The translations under genes and the position numbers were made by a program. From an uncultured Chthonomonadaceae bacterium (GTDB lineage: Bacteria > Armatimonadota > Chthonomonadetes > Chthonomonadales > Chthonomonadaceae), in NCBI GenBank assembly GCA_963835065.1, contig CAWIEK010000044.1, positions 288,001-352,000 of the forward strand: DNA of 64,000 nucleotides. The letters are read 5' to 3'. Shown here piece by piece: positions 41,119-51,600 of the stretch. The notes beneath the pieces are model-generated. The model was not told where the DNA came from. It did no database searches and saw only the letters and a program-made list of their open reading frames with translations. Position 1 is the first letter of the stretch; each line of letters begins with the position of its first letter.

Positions 41119-41943
41119 ATGAACAACATAACTTTGCGCGTGTTTCGCGGCGACATCAACGGCGGCGACATGGTTTCGTACAGTGTGCCGACCGAGCCGG
41201 GCATGGTGGTGCTGGACGCGATTCATTACATACAGCGGCATTTGGATACCACCCTGGCGTGTCGGTGGAACTGCAAGGCGGCCAAGTGCGGCTCGTGCAG
41301 CGCCGAGATTGACGGCAAGCCGCGCCTGCTGTGCAAAACCAGAGTCGAGGAGCCGGAGTTCGCGGGCGGCACGATCAATGTCGGGCCGATGCGCGCGTTT
41401 CCGCTGCTGAAGGATTTGGTCACGGACGTGTCGTGGAACTACCGGGTTGCGGCTAAAATCCCGCCCTTGCAGCCCCGCGCGGATGTGGCGGGCAAGCCGT
41501 TCCAGATGCAGCAGATAGACGTGGACCGGATACAGGAATTCCGCAAGTGCATCGAGTGCTTTTTGTGTCAGGACGTGTGCCACGTCATTCGGGAGCATGA
41601 CCGCAAGGACGCTTTCTTCGGCCCGCGCCAAATGGTGCGCGTGGCCGCTCTGGAGATGCACCCGCTCGACGACCTGAACCGCCGCGAACAGCTGAAAGGC
41701 GAGGGCGGCGTGGGCATGTGCAACATCACGAAATGCTGCTCGGAAGTGTGCCCCGAACACATCCACATCACGGACAACGCCATCATCCCGCTCAAAGAGC
41801 GCGTGGTAGACGATTACTTCGACCCGATCAGCGGCCTATTGCGCACCCTCGGCATCTTGAAGAAGGACACCAAAAAGCCCTTCAACAGCGTTCCCAACGA
41901 GCAAACCCAGGTCGTCACCCGAACCGTCGGCGCCGGAAAATAA
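41119..41943 (+). CDS. sdhB: Succinate dehydrogenase/fumarate reductase Fe-S subunit
   Basis: CKAAKCGSC, CIECFLCQDVC, CNITKCCSEVCP. Confidence 0.95.
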   Translation: MNNITLRVFRGDINGGDMVSYSVPTEPGMVVLDAIHYIQRHLDTTLACRWNCKAAKCGSCSAEIDGKPRLLCKTRVEEPEFAGGTINVGPMRAFPLLKDLVTDVSWNYRVAAKIPPLQPRADVAGKPFQMQQIDVDRIQEFRKCIECFLCQDVCHVIREHDRKDAFFGPRQMVRVAALEMHPLDDLNRREQLKGEGGVGMCNITKCCSEVCPEHIHITDNAIIPLKERVVDDYFDPISGLLRTLGILKKDTKKPFNSVPNEQTQVVTRTVGAGK

Positions 41944-41968
41944 GCGTTCGTTGCTGTCGTACTTTTAT

Positions 41969-42002
41969 AGCCGCCGCGTTCCTCATAAACGCGGCGGCTG
42001 TT
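41969..42002 (+). terminator. Intrinsic terminator hairpin
   Basis: agccgccgcgtt-cctcata-aacgcggcggct. Confidence 0.7.
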
Positions 42003-42085
42003 AGTTGCTTTGCCGTATTGCAGGAACAAACCGGAGTGGCGTATAATACACCACAAGAGAGGCGTAACAGATTGGAGGCAACGAC

Positions 42086-42283
42086 ATGGACGAGGCAACA
42101 TACAAGCAATGGTGGCCCCTGCATCGGCGGGCGGCATTAGGTGAAACGTTGAGTGTAGAAGAACAAGCCCTGTACGAAGCCGGGACACAGCAATTGGACG
42201 CCGAAGAAGAGCAGACGTTGAGCGGCAGCAAAGCAAATTTTATGCAGGCGCGTCAAAGGAACAGGGAACTAAAAGCGGAATAA
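42086..42283 (+). CDS. Small hypothetical protein
   Basis: SD ggagg, TATAAT upstream, MDEATYKQWWPLHRR. Confidence 0.6.
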   Translation: MDEATYKQWWPLHRRAALGETLSVEEQALYEAGTQQLDAEEEQTLSGSKANFMQARQRNRELKAE

Positions 42284-42302
42284 AATCGCCAGCAATCGCA
42301 AA

Positions 42303-45300
42303 TTACGCAAGGCTGGCTTCAACGGTTTGGATTTCGTCTGGCGTGAGGCCATAAAGCGCGTATACAATGTTGTTTATCAAGGCATCCGTGTCGCGCAGGC
42401 GCGTGTCAAGAGCGGCAATGGCAGGCTGGCGCGAACGGAACACTTGAACCATTTCGGCAAGGTTTGTAATCTTATGGAGACGTTGCTTCAGCAGCCATTT
42501 CCATTGCGTTTCGTTCAGCATACCAATGTCGGTTCGCAGATTGAGACGTTTCCCTGCTAACGCGCCAAGTTCGCGCCGACCTTCGTGCATCATCTGCAAA
42601 TCTTCTGCTTGCAACAAGTCAGGATTGGCTGGGTTGCTTACGGCTGCATCGGGCGTCCATAGCCGCCCAATTTTTTGCATTTGCGCCGGGGTGAGAATAC
42701 CTTCAAGGTCGATTATAAAAAGTTCTAAAGCGTTTTGCCGTTGCCGATTCAGATCGAGCATTTGCTGCGCAAGGTAAGCAAGTATGTCATGGACGACATC
42801 GCTTTGCGTGGGTTCCGCCGAAAGACAGGCTTTCAACAATGTGACCATGCCCTCATAATTTTTGTTGTAGTAAAGCGAAGCCCCTGAGTTTACTAGATTA
42901 GATCGAATATCCTGATTGGTTGTAAATAACACTACCGGAAAAGGGAACGCCTTCAGTTCATAGTTGTTGACGTTATTGTTGGTACTCGTCAGTCGGAACC
43001 GCCATTCAAGGAAGTTACTGTTGAGTAGAGTCAGCACAAAAAGAGGATCAATGCCTTTCTGAATAACTGTAATGTAGTTGACGGAATTGGCAAGGTAGTA
43101 ACCAGCCGGTATAAGAGTTGCTTTCAGTCGCCGCGAGTCGTCTGTGCCGGTCACACCCTGTAAAGAAACGCGGTCACGCTGAACGGCTTTTAGTTTAGTG
43201 GACGCAGCGCCATATTTTGTGATTGTTGCGGTTGAGTTTATCCATTCACGTTGTCCCTGCTTCGGCTGGACACGCTGAAGATAACGCTGAATGTGCGCGC
43301 CTTTAATCAGCTCGTAAGAGGCCGGTGTAGATTGAACACAATCTCTGTCCAACGTCATATCTATCTCGCCAACTAATACGGAAACTACTTTTCCAGCAGG
43401 TATAATGGTATGAAGATTGTAAATGCGTTGGAGAATGGCAGTCTCTTCCGGTTTACCTACAGGCACTGTGAGAAAATCAGGATCAAACTTACGGATGTCA
43501 GACACGGCAATGTTAAGCAGTGGTGACGTATCTACTATCTCCTTTCCAGGATGAACTTTACATCTGAGCATCGAAGATACAGAATTTGTTCGCGCAAGGA
43601 AGATCATTGTGGAAAGTTTAGCATCTCGAAACACACGATTGTTCTCGTCGTCCTTCTGAGGAAATGCTTGTATGTCCGTCAAGCAAGTTTGCTCAATCAG
43701 CATACGGCGAACACCTGACGCTGAACGATCCGAAAGAATGGATAAAGGCACAATCTCCCCTATATAACCACCGTTTGCAACGATATTCAGAGCCTGAACA
43801 ATCATCAGTTGATAAATGTTTAGGGTTAGCGATAAGGCGGATTGATACTTTTTTTCATCACGAATATAGTCAATAAATTGGTTGCGCTCTGTCTGTTCCT
43901 TAACACGCTTCAAAACATCATAAGGCGGATTGCCGATGATTGCGTTGAAACCTGCGGACTTGTCGAGCGGCCTGCCGTGCCGATCAAAGAAAACTTCTGG
44001 GAACTCCAACTCCCAATGCAAAAAGTGGCGGTCGTTGGCTAAATCATTGGCGGTTTTCAGCATACTGCTGATTTCAGGCAAAGCGGCGATGTTGCGCCCA
44101 CGCGCATAATCAGCCAGCGGCTTCCAGAGTTGTGACGGGACTTTGCCGCCGAAGTGAACTGCTGTTACGACATTGGCAAGATTGCCGTACTTGCTGGTGA
44201 GCGTGTTACGCAATTCGTCGTATAGTTTTTCCTGCTCCTTAACCTGCGTGATGTTCTGCGCCTCATTCGCCTCAATCAACCACATGTTTCTGACAGCAAG
44301 GCTCATGCTTTGGCGAAACGCATCCTCCTGCATCAGCGAAAGTTGCCCCTCACGTTCACTCTTTTCCGTTTTGCTTTTGCCCCTCTTCAGGGGCTGTTGT
44401 TCATTCGCAAACTGCAAATCGTCCAGCCGCGCTCCGACGAGAGTGTTGCCGGGGCGCAGATGATGGTCAAGAAATGAGAGCGGCAAACTTTGTGCAACCG
44501 TCGTCAGCCAGAGCGAGAGTTTGGCAAGTTCTACGGCGAGCGGATTAAGGTCAACGCCATAAATGCAGGATTGGGCTACGCGGCGCTTCCAATAAGTAAG
44601 ATCATGGAACGCGCCGGTTTCACTCTCCTGTGGCGTAAGATTGACAAGATAGCGGGCAATGTACTCAACGGCTTCAACAAGAAAGTGGCCGCTGCCCATG
44701 GATGGGTCCAGCACTTTGATGTTCAATACCGCTTCAATGCAGTCGGCTTCGCTGCGCTTATCGGCAACGGCGTTGTCCAGCAAGGGCCCGACCGCCTGCT
44801 CGACAATGTACTTGACAATGTAATCCGGCGTGTAGTACGAGCCAGTTTCTTTGCGTTCGCCTTTGTCGTTGAGCAGGCTGATTTTCCAGCCGGGTTTGGG
44901 GGCATCCACAGAAAGATGATGCTCTAATAGACCCTCGTAAATTGTGCCAAGATGCCGAACAGCTAGATCGCGGTAGTCTATGAATTGCTTGCCGACGCGC
45001 GCAAGTTTGTCCAGAGCGCTTATCAGGTGTAAGTCGCCAACACTGAATTTTTCCAGAAATGGATGCTTTTCGGGATCGAACAAACCGCCGTTAAATGTCG
45101 AAATTTGCAGCGGCGGTTCGCCCCGGTCAATGTAGCCGAAAAGCAATTTCAGGCGGGGCCAGAAGATGTTGCTGCTTGCCAGCAGCGTTTGACCGGCATC
45201 AATACGTTTTGCGCCCTCTATTTTGACGGCATAAAGGCCATAGGTCTCGCGGTAGCCGCTGTTCACGGTGACGGGCAATAGCCCACGGCCTTCGGCGTAA

Positions 45301-46184
45301 AGGATAAATAGCAAGCGATACAGCAGTATCAGCGAGTTGTCGTAGATCTTTTCCAGAGAATCCGCATCGGTTGCGAGTTTGTTGCCTTCAAAATCAAGAA
45401 AGCCTTGCGCAATGTGAAGCAAAGCGTCGAACACTTGCGTCTTTAAGGTTTTGCTAACACCAAGCGCATATTCTGCGCTTTGCGCCAGAATTTTGGAAAT
45501 GTTGAGAGGATTCGCAGGTTCCAGAGCGGCGCGGCTGAAGAAGGCGTAAAAGTAGTGAAACGCTTCTGCATTGCCCGTTGTCAGCAAATCCTCCAAATCA
45601 ACCTCGTAGTAGCAATCCAATTTGTGCGCCGTATCTTTATGCACAAGCCGCCAGATTCGCCCATTCGTCAAAATACCCCAGTCAACGCCACTTTGCTGCA
45701 CATAGAAGTAGATTTGGTAGGCAGGGTTTTTATTAGAAAGCGTGTCCGCTTTGTTTTCTAAAATTGCTTTATCCAGCGGCCTGTCCCAATACTTGGCGTC
45801 ACCAACGGCAATGCCTCCCTGTTGCGGCAGGCGGTCGTCAAGCGTTTTGCCTTTCGCCGCGTCTGCATGGGAAGCATTGTCATAAAAGACGTAATCCGGC
45901 TTTTTTACGCCGTCCGCAGTTTTCAGCGCTGCCTGTACGTTGTAAACATGCCCAAGCGCTTTGAGTACTGGGTGTACCCAATCCTGTTCTGTCTGCGCTT
46001 CATTTTTAGAATGGGTATAGCCCGCAAAGAGCGATTTTAACTGCTCCAGAACCAATCCCGCTTGCGAGGTGAGCGCTTGCCAGTGTGGATTCAAGGGTAA
46101 AACACGATCCAAGTAGTAGTCGGAGAAAAGTCTGCGATTTGTATAAGGTTTATCAATAGGTAGAGTGGGCTGTGAGTTTAACAT
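42303..46184 (-). CDS. Fused restriction-modification enzyme (type IIG / Eco57I-like N6-adenine MTase + nuclease + TRD)
   Basis: PD..DAK nuclease-like motif, LTNG..W, GSYYTPDYIV, LDPSMGSGHFL, GVDLNPLAVEL, GNPPY. Confidence 0.9.
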   Translation of the reverse strand: MLNSQPTLPIDKPYTNRRLFSDYYLDRVLPLNPHWQALTSQAGLVLEQLKSLFAGYTHSKNEAQTEQDWVHPVLKALGHVYNVQAALKTADGVKKPDYVFYDNASHADAAKGKTLDDRLPQQGGIAVGDAKYWDRPLDKAILENKADTLSNKNPAYQIYFYVQQSGVDWGILTNGRIWRLVHKDTAHKLDCYYEVDLEDLLTTGNAEAFHYFYAFFSRAALEPANPLNISKILAQSAEYALGVSKTLKTQVFDALLHIAQGFLDFEGNKLATDADSLEKIYDNSLILLYRLLFILYAEGRGLLPVTVNSGYRETYGLYAVKIEGAKRIDAGQTLLASSNIFWPRLKLLFGYIDRGEPPLQISTFNGGLFDPEKHPFLEKFSVGDLHLISALDKLARVGKQFIDYRDLAVRHLGTIYEGLLEHHLSVDAPKPGWKISLLNDKGERKETGSYYTPDYIVKYIVEQAVGPLLDNAVADKRSEADCIEAVLNIKVLDPSMGSGHFLVEAVEYIARYLVNLTPQESETGAFHDLTYWKRRVAQSCIYGVDLNPLAVELAKLSLWLTTVAQSLPLSFLDHHLRPGNTLVGARLDDLQFANEQQPLKRGKSKTEKSEREGQLSLMQEDAFRQSMSLAVRNMWLIEANEAQNITQVKEQEKLYDELRNTLTSKYGNLANVVTAVHFGGKVPSQLWKPLADYARGRNIAALPEISSMLKTANDLANDRHFLHWELEFPEVFFDRHGRPLDKSAGFNAIIGNPPYDVLKRVKEQTERNQFIDYIRDEKKYQSALSLTLNIYQLMIVQALNIVANGGYIGEIVPLSILSDRSASGVRRMLIEQTCLTDIQAFPQKDDENNRVFRDAKLSTMIFLARTNSVSSMLRCKVHPGKEIVDTSPLLNIAVSDIRKFDPDFLTVPVGKPEETAILQRIYNLHTIIPAGKVVSVLVGEIDMTLDRDCVQSTPASYELIKGAHIQRYLQRVQPKQGQREWINSTATITKYGAASTKLKAVQRDRVSLQGVTGTDDSRRLKATLIPAGYYLANSVNYITVIQKGIDPLFVLTLLNSNFLEWRFRLTSTNNNVNNYELKAFPFPVVLFTTNQDIRSNLVNSGASLYYNKNYEGMVTLLKACLSAEPTQSDVVHDILAYLAQQMLDLNRQRQNALELFIIDLEGILTPAQMQKIGRLWTPDAAVSNPANPDLLQAEDLQMMHEGRRELGALAGKRLNLRTDIGMLNETQWKWLLKQRLHKITNLAEMVQVFRSRQPAIAALDTRLRDTDALINNIVYALYGLTPDEIQTVEASLA

Positions 46185-46374
46185 TGTGAATACAGGTACC
46201 TCGAAACAGATCAACAAGCAGTAAAAGGTGAACCTAAGTTCAACGTGGCAAATGTAAATTCCTGCAACGCCGTCAACAAAGCACATTGTTGGCTTCAATG
46301 AGCGCTACAAGCCCGAAGGCCGGATTACCTGAATCGCTTAGGGTTCATAAATAAGCCCAACGACGCGAAAAAGT

Positions 46375-46593
46375 GAACCTTTTTCCCCACAGAGCCGTCT
46401 AAACAGTAGAACAACGTCTACTATAAGATGTTATACCCACGTCAACAGAAGGGAGGTGCAAGTCCTATGTTCCCCTTCTCCCGTTCGCCCTGACGCTGCT
46501 GAGGTCACGACGCCTCTCTCCTACAACCAGACACAACGAGACATCGGGCTGGAAGCGCTGTATTGCCAAGATTTCGACGATGACTCTACATAC
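46375..46593 (+). other. Twin unit copy 1: ECF-like promoter, SD, mini-ORF MFPFSRSP* (46467-46493), conserved 108-nt core
   Basis: Core 46486-46593 matches 54570-54677 at 103/108 positions. Confidence 0.8.
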
Positions 46594-47027
46594 TTTTTTC
46601 TACCTGACCCGTTTCTCAATGTTTGCAGGACTTCCCGTTGGCAAAGGCTAGGCTTCTCGCTGGTTCGGGAACTTAAAGATGCACGGACCCTAAGCCTGTG
46701 GCAGGTTCTTCCTCAACATCGCAGAGCCTGACAAAAAGGCAAGTTGCGAACGCGCGCAAGGATGGCAAACAGCAAAATGAAACCGTTGTGCCTTCAAATA
46801 CCGGCTTCACGAACCCGAAAGTAGGAAGTTGATAGTTACTGATAGGATTAGATGCGTTAGCCCTGCAATTTCGCTCTGCCGTCACTCAAGTGCGCCTGAA
46901 AAGCGGGTAAGATTACACAACATTTTGCGTCATGGGATACTCCCGGCGCATGACACTACAACATGTCTGAATTCCCAAACACCCAATACCGAATACCCAA
47001 CACCGAATACCGAATCAGGAGCAAACG

Positions 47028-47864
47028 ATGAGTTTAGCAGGCGCAGAAGTCGCTCAGGATCACGCAAAATTGTTACAGGACATTGCCGATACGGAAACAC
47101 CGCCCGGACAGGGCGCGTTCTGGTGGCTTGGGCAGCATACGTTTGTGGTGAAAGCCGGGGGCAAGGTGTTTTACTTCGATCCCTGGTTCGCGCCCTGGGA
47201 GTCGCGGCAAACTCCGTCCCTGCTCACGCCGCAGGAAGCGTGTCACGCCGACTTCGCCCTGGTCACGCATGGGCACGGCGACCACCTGTGCCCCGACACG
47301 CTGCCCCACATGGCGCTTGCCTCGCCCAACGCGCAGTTCTTTTGCCCCCGCGCCGAAGCCGCGCGCATGAAAGCCGAAGGGCAAATCCCCGACGAGCGCC
47401 TGCATCCTCTCAACGCGGGCAACTGGTGGGAACAGCATGGCGTGAAAATCACGGCCATCAAAGCCAAGCACGAGGAGTTCGACGAACACCCGGAATTAGG
47501 GTTCCCGTACCTGGGCTATGTCGTGGAAACAGGCGGCGTGACGTTTTACCATGCGGGGGATACGATTTTGTACGACGGCCTGCGCGACACGCTGCGCCAA
47601 TGGCCGCATATTGACGTGATGTTTTTGCCCATCAACGGACGCGACGCCGAGCGGTTTTTGCGCGGCTGCATTGGTAACATGACGTATCAGGAAGCCGTCG
47701 AAGTGGCGGGTGACTTGAAGGCGGGATTGGCTGTGCCCGCGCACTATGATATGTTCGTCGGCAATCAGGAAGACCCGCAAAAGTTCGTCCGCTATCTGCA
47801 AGCCAAGTATCCCGGCATGCGTTCATGGGTAGGCAAAGCTGGCGAAAAAGTCATGTTCCCATGA
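47028..47864 (+). CDS. MBL-fold metallo-hydrolase (UlaG-like)
   Basis: WLGQ, THGHGDHL, FYHAGDT, LPING, PAHYDMF. Confidence 0.88.
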   Translation: MSLAGAEVAQDHAKLLQDIADTETPPGQGAFWWLGQHTFVVKAGGKVFYFDPWFAPWESRQTPSLLTPQEACHADFALVTHGHGDHLCPDTLPHMALASPNAQFFCPRAEAARMKAEGQIPDERLHPLNAGNWWEQHGVKITAIKAKHEEFDEHPELGFPYLGYVVETGGVTFYHAGDTILYDGLRDTLRQWPHIDVMFLPINGRDAERFLRGCIGNMTYQEAVEVAGDLKAGLAVPAHYDMFVGNQEDPQKFVRYLQAKYPGMRSWVGKAGEKVMFP

Positions 47865-47906
47865 ATTCGATCTTTGAGGAATAGAGTGGTGGAAGGAGAA
47901 TGAACA

Positions 47907-48521
47907 ATGACGGCACTGGCACACAGTTACATAACGCCGGAACAGTACCTGCAACAGGAAGATTTGGCCGAGTTTCGCAGTGAATACTGGAACGGCAAGA
48001 TCGTGGCAGTGCCGGGTGGTTCGCCCAACCACAACCAAATTGGCCGTAATCTTGCGCTTCGCCTGGGCATCCAATTGGATCGCAGCCCATGCAAACTGTT
48101 CCTAACCGAAACGCGCGTTCGTGTTCCCGAATGTAATACCTACTTCTACCCGGACGCGATGATTGTATGCGGTGTGCCGCAATACGAAGTGGGTGAAGCG
48201 GAAATAGTGCGAAACCCAACCGTGATTTTCGAGGTGCTGTCGCCAGGCACGGAGGCTATAGATCGTGGACGCAAATTCGCCTGCTACCGCTCCCTCCCCT
48301 CGCTTCAACTGTACGTGTTGATACAGCAGGACGCGCCTGCGATTGAACTCTATGCGCGTCAGCCGGACGACACCTGGCTTCTCACCCCGATGACCGGCCT
48401 GGAAGCCACCTTGTTTCTGAACACCGTTGGCGTTGCGCTGCCGTTTACGGAAATCTATCAGGACGTTGTGTTCCCGTCGCCGCTGACTATATCTCCCGTG
48501 GAGCAGACGCCGAACGATTGA
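47907..48521 (+). CDS. Uma2-family (DUF820) endonuclease-like protein
   Basis: RSEYWNG, YPD, NPTVIFEVLSPGT, DRGRKF..Y. Confidence 0.9.
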   Translation: MTALAHSYITPEQYLQQEDLAEFRSEYWNGKIVAVPGGSPNHNQIGRNLALRLGIQLDRSPCKLFLTETRVRVPECNTYFYPDAMIVCGVPQYEVGEAEIVRNPTVIFEVLSPGTEAIDRGRKFACYRSLPSLQLYVLIQQDAPAIELYARQPDDTWLLTPMTGLEATLFLNTVGVALPFTEIYQDVVFPSPLTISPVEQTPND

Positions 48522-48719
48522 CAACGCGCCTCCTACTCCCCTGTGGCGCAAAGGGTTTGTGGCTCTCGCGTTGCTCGGCTTGCTTGTATTCATGTGACAG
48601 TTCAGGGTTGTGAGAATCTTTTTGGCGTATGCTTGGTAGTAGCCGTATGACTGCTTTGCCTGAATCTTTACTCTGACAAACGTCGAACATCTTCTGGACT
48701 GCTCAACAGGAACAACGCA

Positions 48720-49781
48720 GTGACAATCCCCTTGCAAACTCTTCAAGCCTTACAACAGGGACTTGTGATTCCGGCCAGCCCGCTTGCGCTCAATGCGGCG
48801 CGACAATGGGATGAGCGGCGGCAGCGCGCGTTGTGGCGCTATTACATTGCGGCGGGCGCGGGCGGCATCGCGTTTGCGGTCCATACCACCCAGTTTGCCA
48901 TTCGTGACCCGCGTATCGGATTGTTTGAACCCCTGCTTGCTCTGGCGCAGGAAGAAATGACGCGGTCAGATGCAGGCCGCAATGCGCCTCTGCTTCGGAT
49001 TGCGGGCATTTGCGGCGACACGCGGCGGGCGGTTGCGGAAGCGGAGCTATTGCGCGAACGGGGCTTTCATGCCGGCCTGCTCAGTCTTGCCGCGCTTGCC
49101 GACACGCCGGAAGACGCTTTGATCGCTCATTGCCGCCGCATTGCCGACATTGTGCCGATTATTGGCTTCTACCTTCAGCCTTCCGTTGGCGGCAGACCGC
49201 TGCCGTATTCTTTCTGGCGGCGGTTTGCCGAAATCGAAAACGTGGTCGCCATCAAAATCGCGCCGTTCAACCGCTATCAAACGCTGGACGTGGTTCGCGC
49301 CGCTGCCGAGTCGGGACGAAGTGATATTGCGCTGTACACGGGCAACGACGACAACATTGTCTTGGATTTGCTCACGCCGTACCGCTTTTACGTCAACAAC
49401 GCTCTCGTGGAACGCCGGATTGTGGGCGGGCTGCTTGGGCATTGGGCCGTGTGGACGCATAGCGCGGTGGAACTGCTTCAAGAGTGTCAACACGCGATTG
49501 CGCGAGAGGGAAGCGTATCCGCAGACTTGCTGCGCCGAAGCGTGGAAATCACCGACTGCAACGCCGCCTTTTTCGATGCCGCCAATGGCTTTCGCGGCTG
49601 CATTGCCGGCCTGCATGAAGTGCTGCGCCGTCAGGGATTGCTGGAAGGAACATGGTGCCTCGATGCGGCAGAAACGCTCAGTCCCGGTCAGCAGGCCGAA
49701 ATTGACCGCGTGTATCGCGCCTACCCGCATTTGAATGACGATGCGTTTGTCAGCCGGCATCAAGACGAATGGCTGCGTTAG
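48720..49781 (+). CDS. Dihydrodipicolinate synthase-family aldolase
   Basis: VIPASPLAL, VHTTQF, FYLQPSVGG, AIKIAPFNRY. Confidence 0.85.
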   Translation: MTIPLQTLQALQQGLVIPASPLALNAARQWDERRQRALWRYYIAAGAGGIAFAVHTTQFAIRDPRIGLFEPLLALAQEEMTRSDAGRNAPLLRIAGICGDTRRAVAEAELLRERGFHAGLLSLAALADTPEDALIAHCRRIADIVPIIGFYLQPSVGGRPLPYSFWRRFAEIENVVAIKIAPFNRYQTLDVVRAAAESGRSDIALYTGNDDNIVLDLLTPYRFYVNNALVERRIVGGLLGHWAVWTHSAVELLQECQHAIAREGSVSADLLRRSVEITDCNAAFFDAANGFRGCIAGLHEVLRRQGLLEGTWCLDAAETLSPGQQAEIDRVYRAYPHLNDDAFVSRHQDEWLR

Positions 49782-50032
49782 GAGAAAAGAGAAAAGGATA
49801 GCCGCGAATAAACGCGAATGAACGCGAATGTTGATCCAGGAGGATGACCTTTGTACGAATGTGAACAGGATGCGGGGCGTGGCATAGCCAAAAGGTATAA
49901 TCTTGTGTTTGCCGGTTGCTTCTATCCTGCCGCTTTTGGTATACTCACGGGCAGTGCGCGGCAGGCTGTTTCCTGCGTTCTATAAAGCCGCCTGCCTGCG
50001 CCGTAATGCAACAAACAATATCTGAGCGGAAG

Positions 50033-50090
50033 GGCGCTGAAAGTTCGTAGTTTCTGCATCTCTATCAACTACCAATTCTCAACTCTCAAC
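50033..50090 (+). repeat. Dispersed intergenic repeat GGCGCTGAAAGTTCRTAGTT..GCATCYCTATCAACTA
   Basis: Related copies at 60546-60600 and 56960-57001. Confidence 0.7.
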
Positions 50091-50122
50091 CGCTTGGAAT
50101 CGGAAGGAATGATCGAAACATC

Positions 50123-51205
50123 ATGGCCGAAAAATTAAAAATCGGTATTGTCGGGTGCGGCGGGATCGCCAACGGCAAGCATTTCCCCAGCCTGTCCAAA
50201 CTGCCGAACGTGGAACTGACCGCGTTTTGCGACATTGTGCCGGAGCGGGCCGAAAAAGCCGTCACGCAGTACGGCGCGAAAGGCTCCAAGTCGTACACGG
50301 ATTATCGCAAACTGCTGGAAGACAAGACTCTGGACGTGGTGCATGTCCTGACACCCAACGACGCCCATGCGGAAGTGGCGATTGCCGCGATGGAAGCGGG
50401 CAAGCACTGTATGTCGGAAAAGCCGATGGCGAAAACGGCGGAAGCCGCCCGGCGCATGGTGGAAGCCGCCAAGCGCACGGGCAAGAAACTCACGGTCGGC
50501 TATAACAACCGCTTCCGTCCCGACAGCCAGTATCTGCATCAGATTTGCGAACAGGGCGGATTGGGCGAGATTTATTACGCCAAAGCCCACGCCATTCGCC
50601 GCCGCGCCGTGCCGACATGGGGCGTGTTTCTGGATGAGGAAAAGCAGGGCGGCGGGCCGCTGATTGACATCGGAACCCACGCGCTGGACCTGACGCTGTG
50701 GATGATGAACAACTACGAGCCGAAAACAGTGGTTGGTACGACCTACCACAAACTCGCGCACCGCGAAAACGCCGCCAACGCTTTCGGTCCGTGGGACCCG
50801 AAGAAGTTTACGGTTGAGGACTTCGCGTTCGGTTTCATCACGATGAAGAACGGCGCGACGGTGGTATTGGAGTCCTCGTGGGCGCTGAACACGCTGCAGG
50901 TAGATGAGGCGAAGTGTACCCTGTGCGGCACGGAAGCCGGCGCGGATATGATCGGCGGCCTGCGCTTGAACGGCGAGAATTTAGGCCGCATGTACCAGCA
51001 GCAGATAGATGTGAAATCGGGCGGCGTGGCCTTTTTCGAGGGTAAAACCGAAAGCGACGCCGATCTGGAAGCCCGCCTGTGGATCGAGTCCATCCTCAAC
51101 GACACGCAGCCTGTCGTCACGCCGGAACAAGCCTGCGTGGTTTCGGAGATTCTGGAAGCCATCTACACATCCGCGCGCACCGGCGAGGCCGTCACGTTTC
51201 CGTGA
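50123..51205 (+). CDS. Gfo/Idh/MocA oxidoreductase
   Basis: GIVGCGGIA, EKP motif, GGGPLIDIGTH. Confidence 0.92.
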   Translation: MAEKLKIGIVGCGGIANGKHFPSLSKLPNVELTAFCDIVPERAEKAVTQYGAKGSKSYTDYRKLLEDKTLDVVHVLTPNDAHAEVAIAAMEAGKHCMSEKPMAKTAEAARRMVEAAKRTGKKLTVGYNNRFRPDSQYLHQICEQGGLGEIYYAKAHAIRRRAVPTWGVFLDEEKQGGGPLIDIGTHALDLTLWMMNNYEPKTVVGTTYHKLAHRENAANAFGPWDPKKFTVEDFAFGFITMKNGATVVLESSWALNTLQVDEAKCTLCGTEAGADMIGGLRLNGENLGRMYQQQIDVKSGGVAFFEGKTESDADLEARLWIESILNDTQPVVTPEQACVVSEILEAIYTSARTGEAVTFP

Positions 51206-51265
51206 TTTAGCCGCGAATGAACGCGAATAAACGCGAATGGCTGCTATAGAAAAATTCACAATCAG

Positions 51266-51302
51266 ACACACAGTCAAGCGTTTCAACGCTTGACTGTGTG
51301 TC
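51266..51302. terminator. Perfect hairpin
   Basis: acacacagtcaagcgtt-tc-aacgcttgactgtgtgt. Confidence 0.65.
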
Positions 51303-51309
51303 GAGTATC

Positions 51310-51600
51310 TTATCCTGTGTTTGTGGAAAGCGAAAACGGCAGCGCGTCAAGCGGATAATCGGCATCAAACACGGGCTGATCTGTCATCTCAAATTGCAGC
51401 GAACCGCCCTGCGCCACATCCGCGTGAGTAACCCACAGATGATTATGTGGCGAACCATTGAGGCTTATTTGCTTCGCATAGCAGTTTGTGTCGGAAACGT
51501 TGTTAGCCTCAATGGTAAAGGTTTTGCCATTGCCAAGCCGAAGGTGAGCGCGCGGGAACAGGGGCGCTCCCAATGTCCATGAGGCGTGGCCGGGGGTAAC
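51310..51600 (-). pseudogene. C-terminal fragment of GH92 alpha-mannosidase, cut by the IS
   Basis: IGAPLF...LGNGKTFTIEA...LNG...THADV..GG.LQFEM..QP; begins at the IS boundary. Confidence 0.7.
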
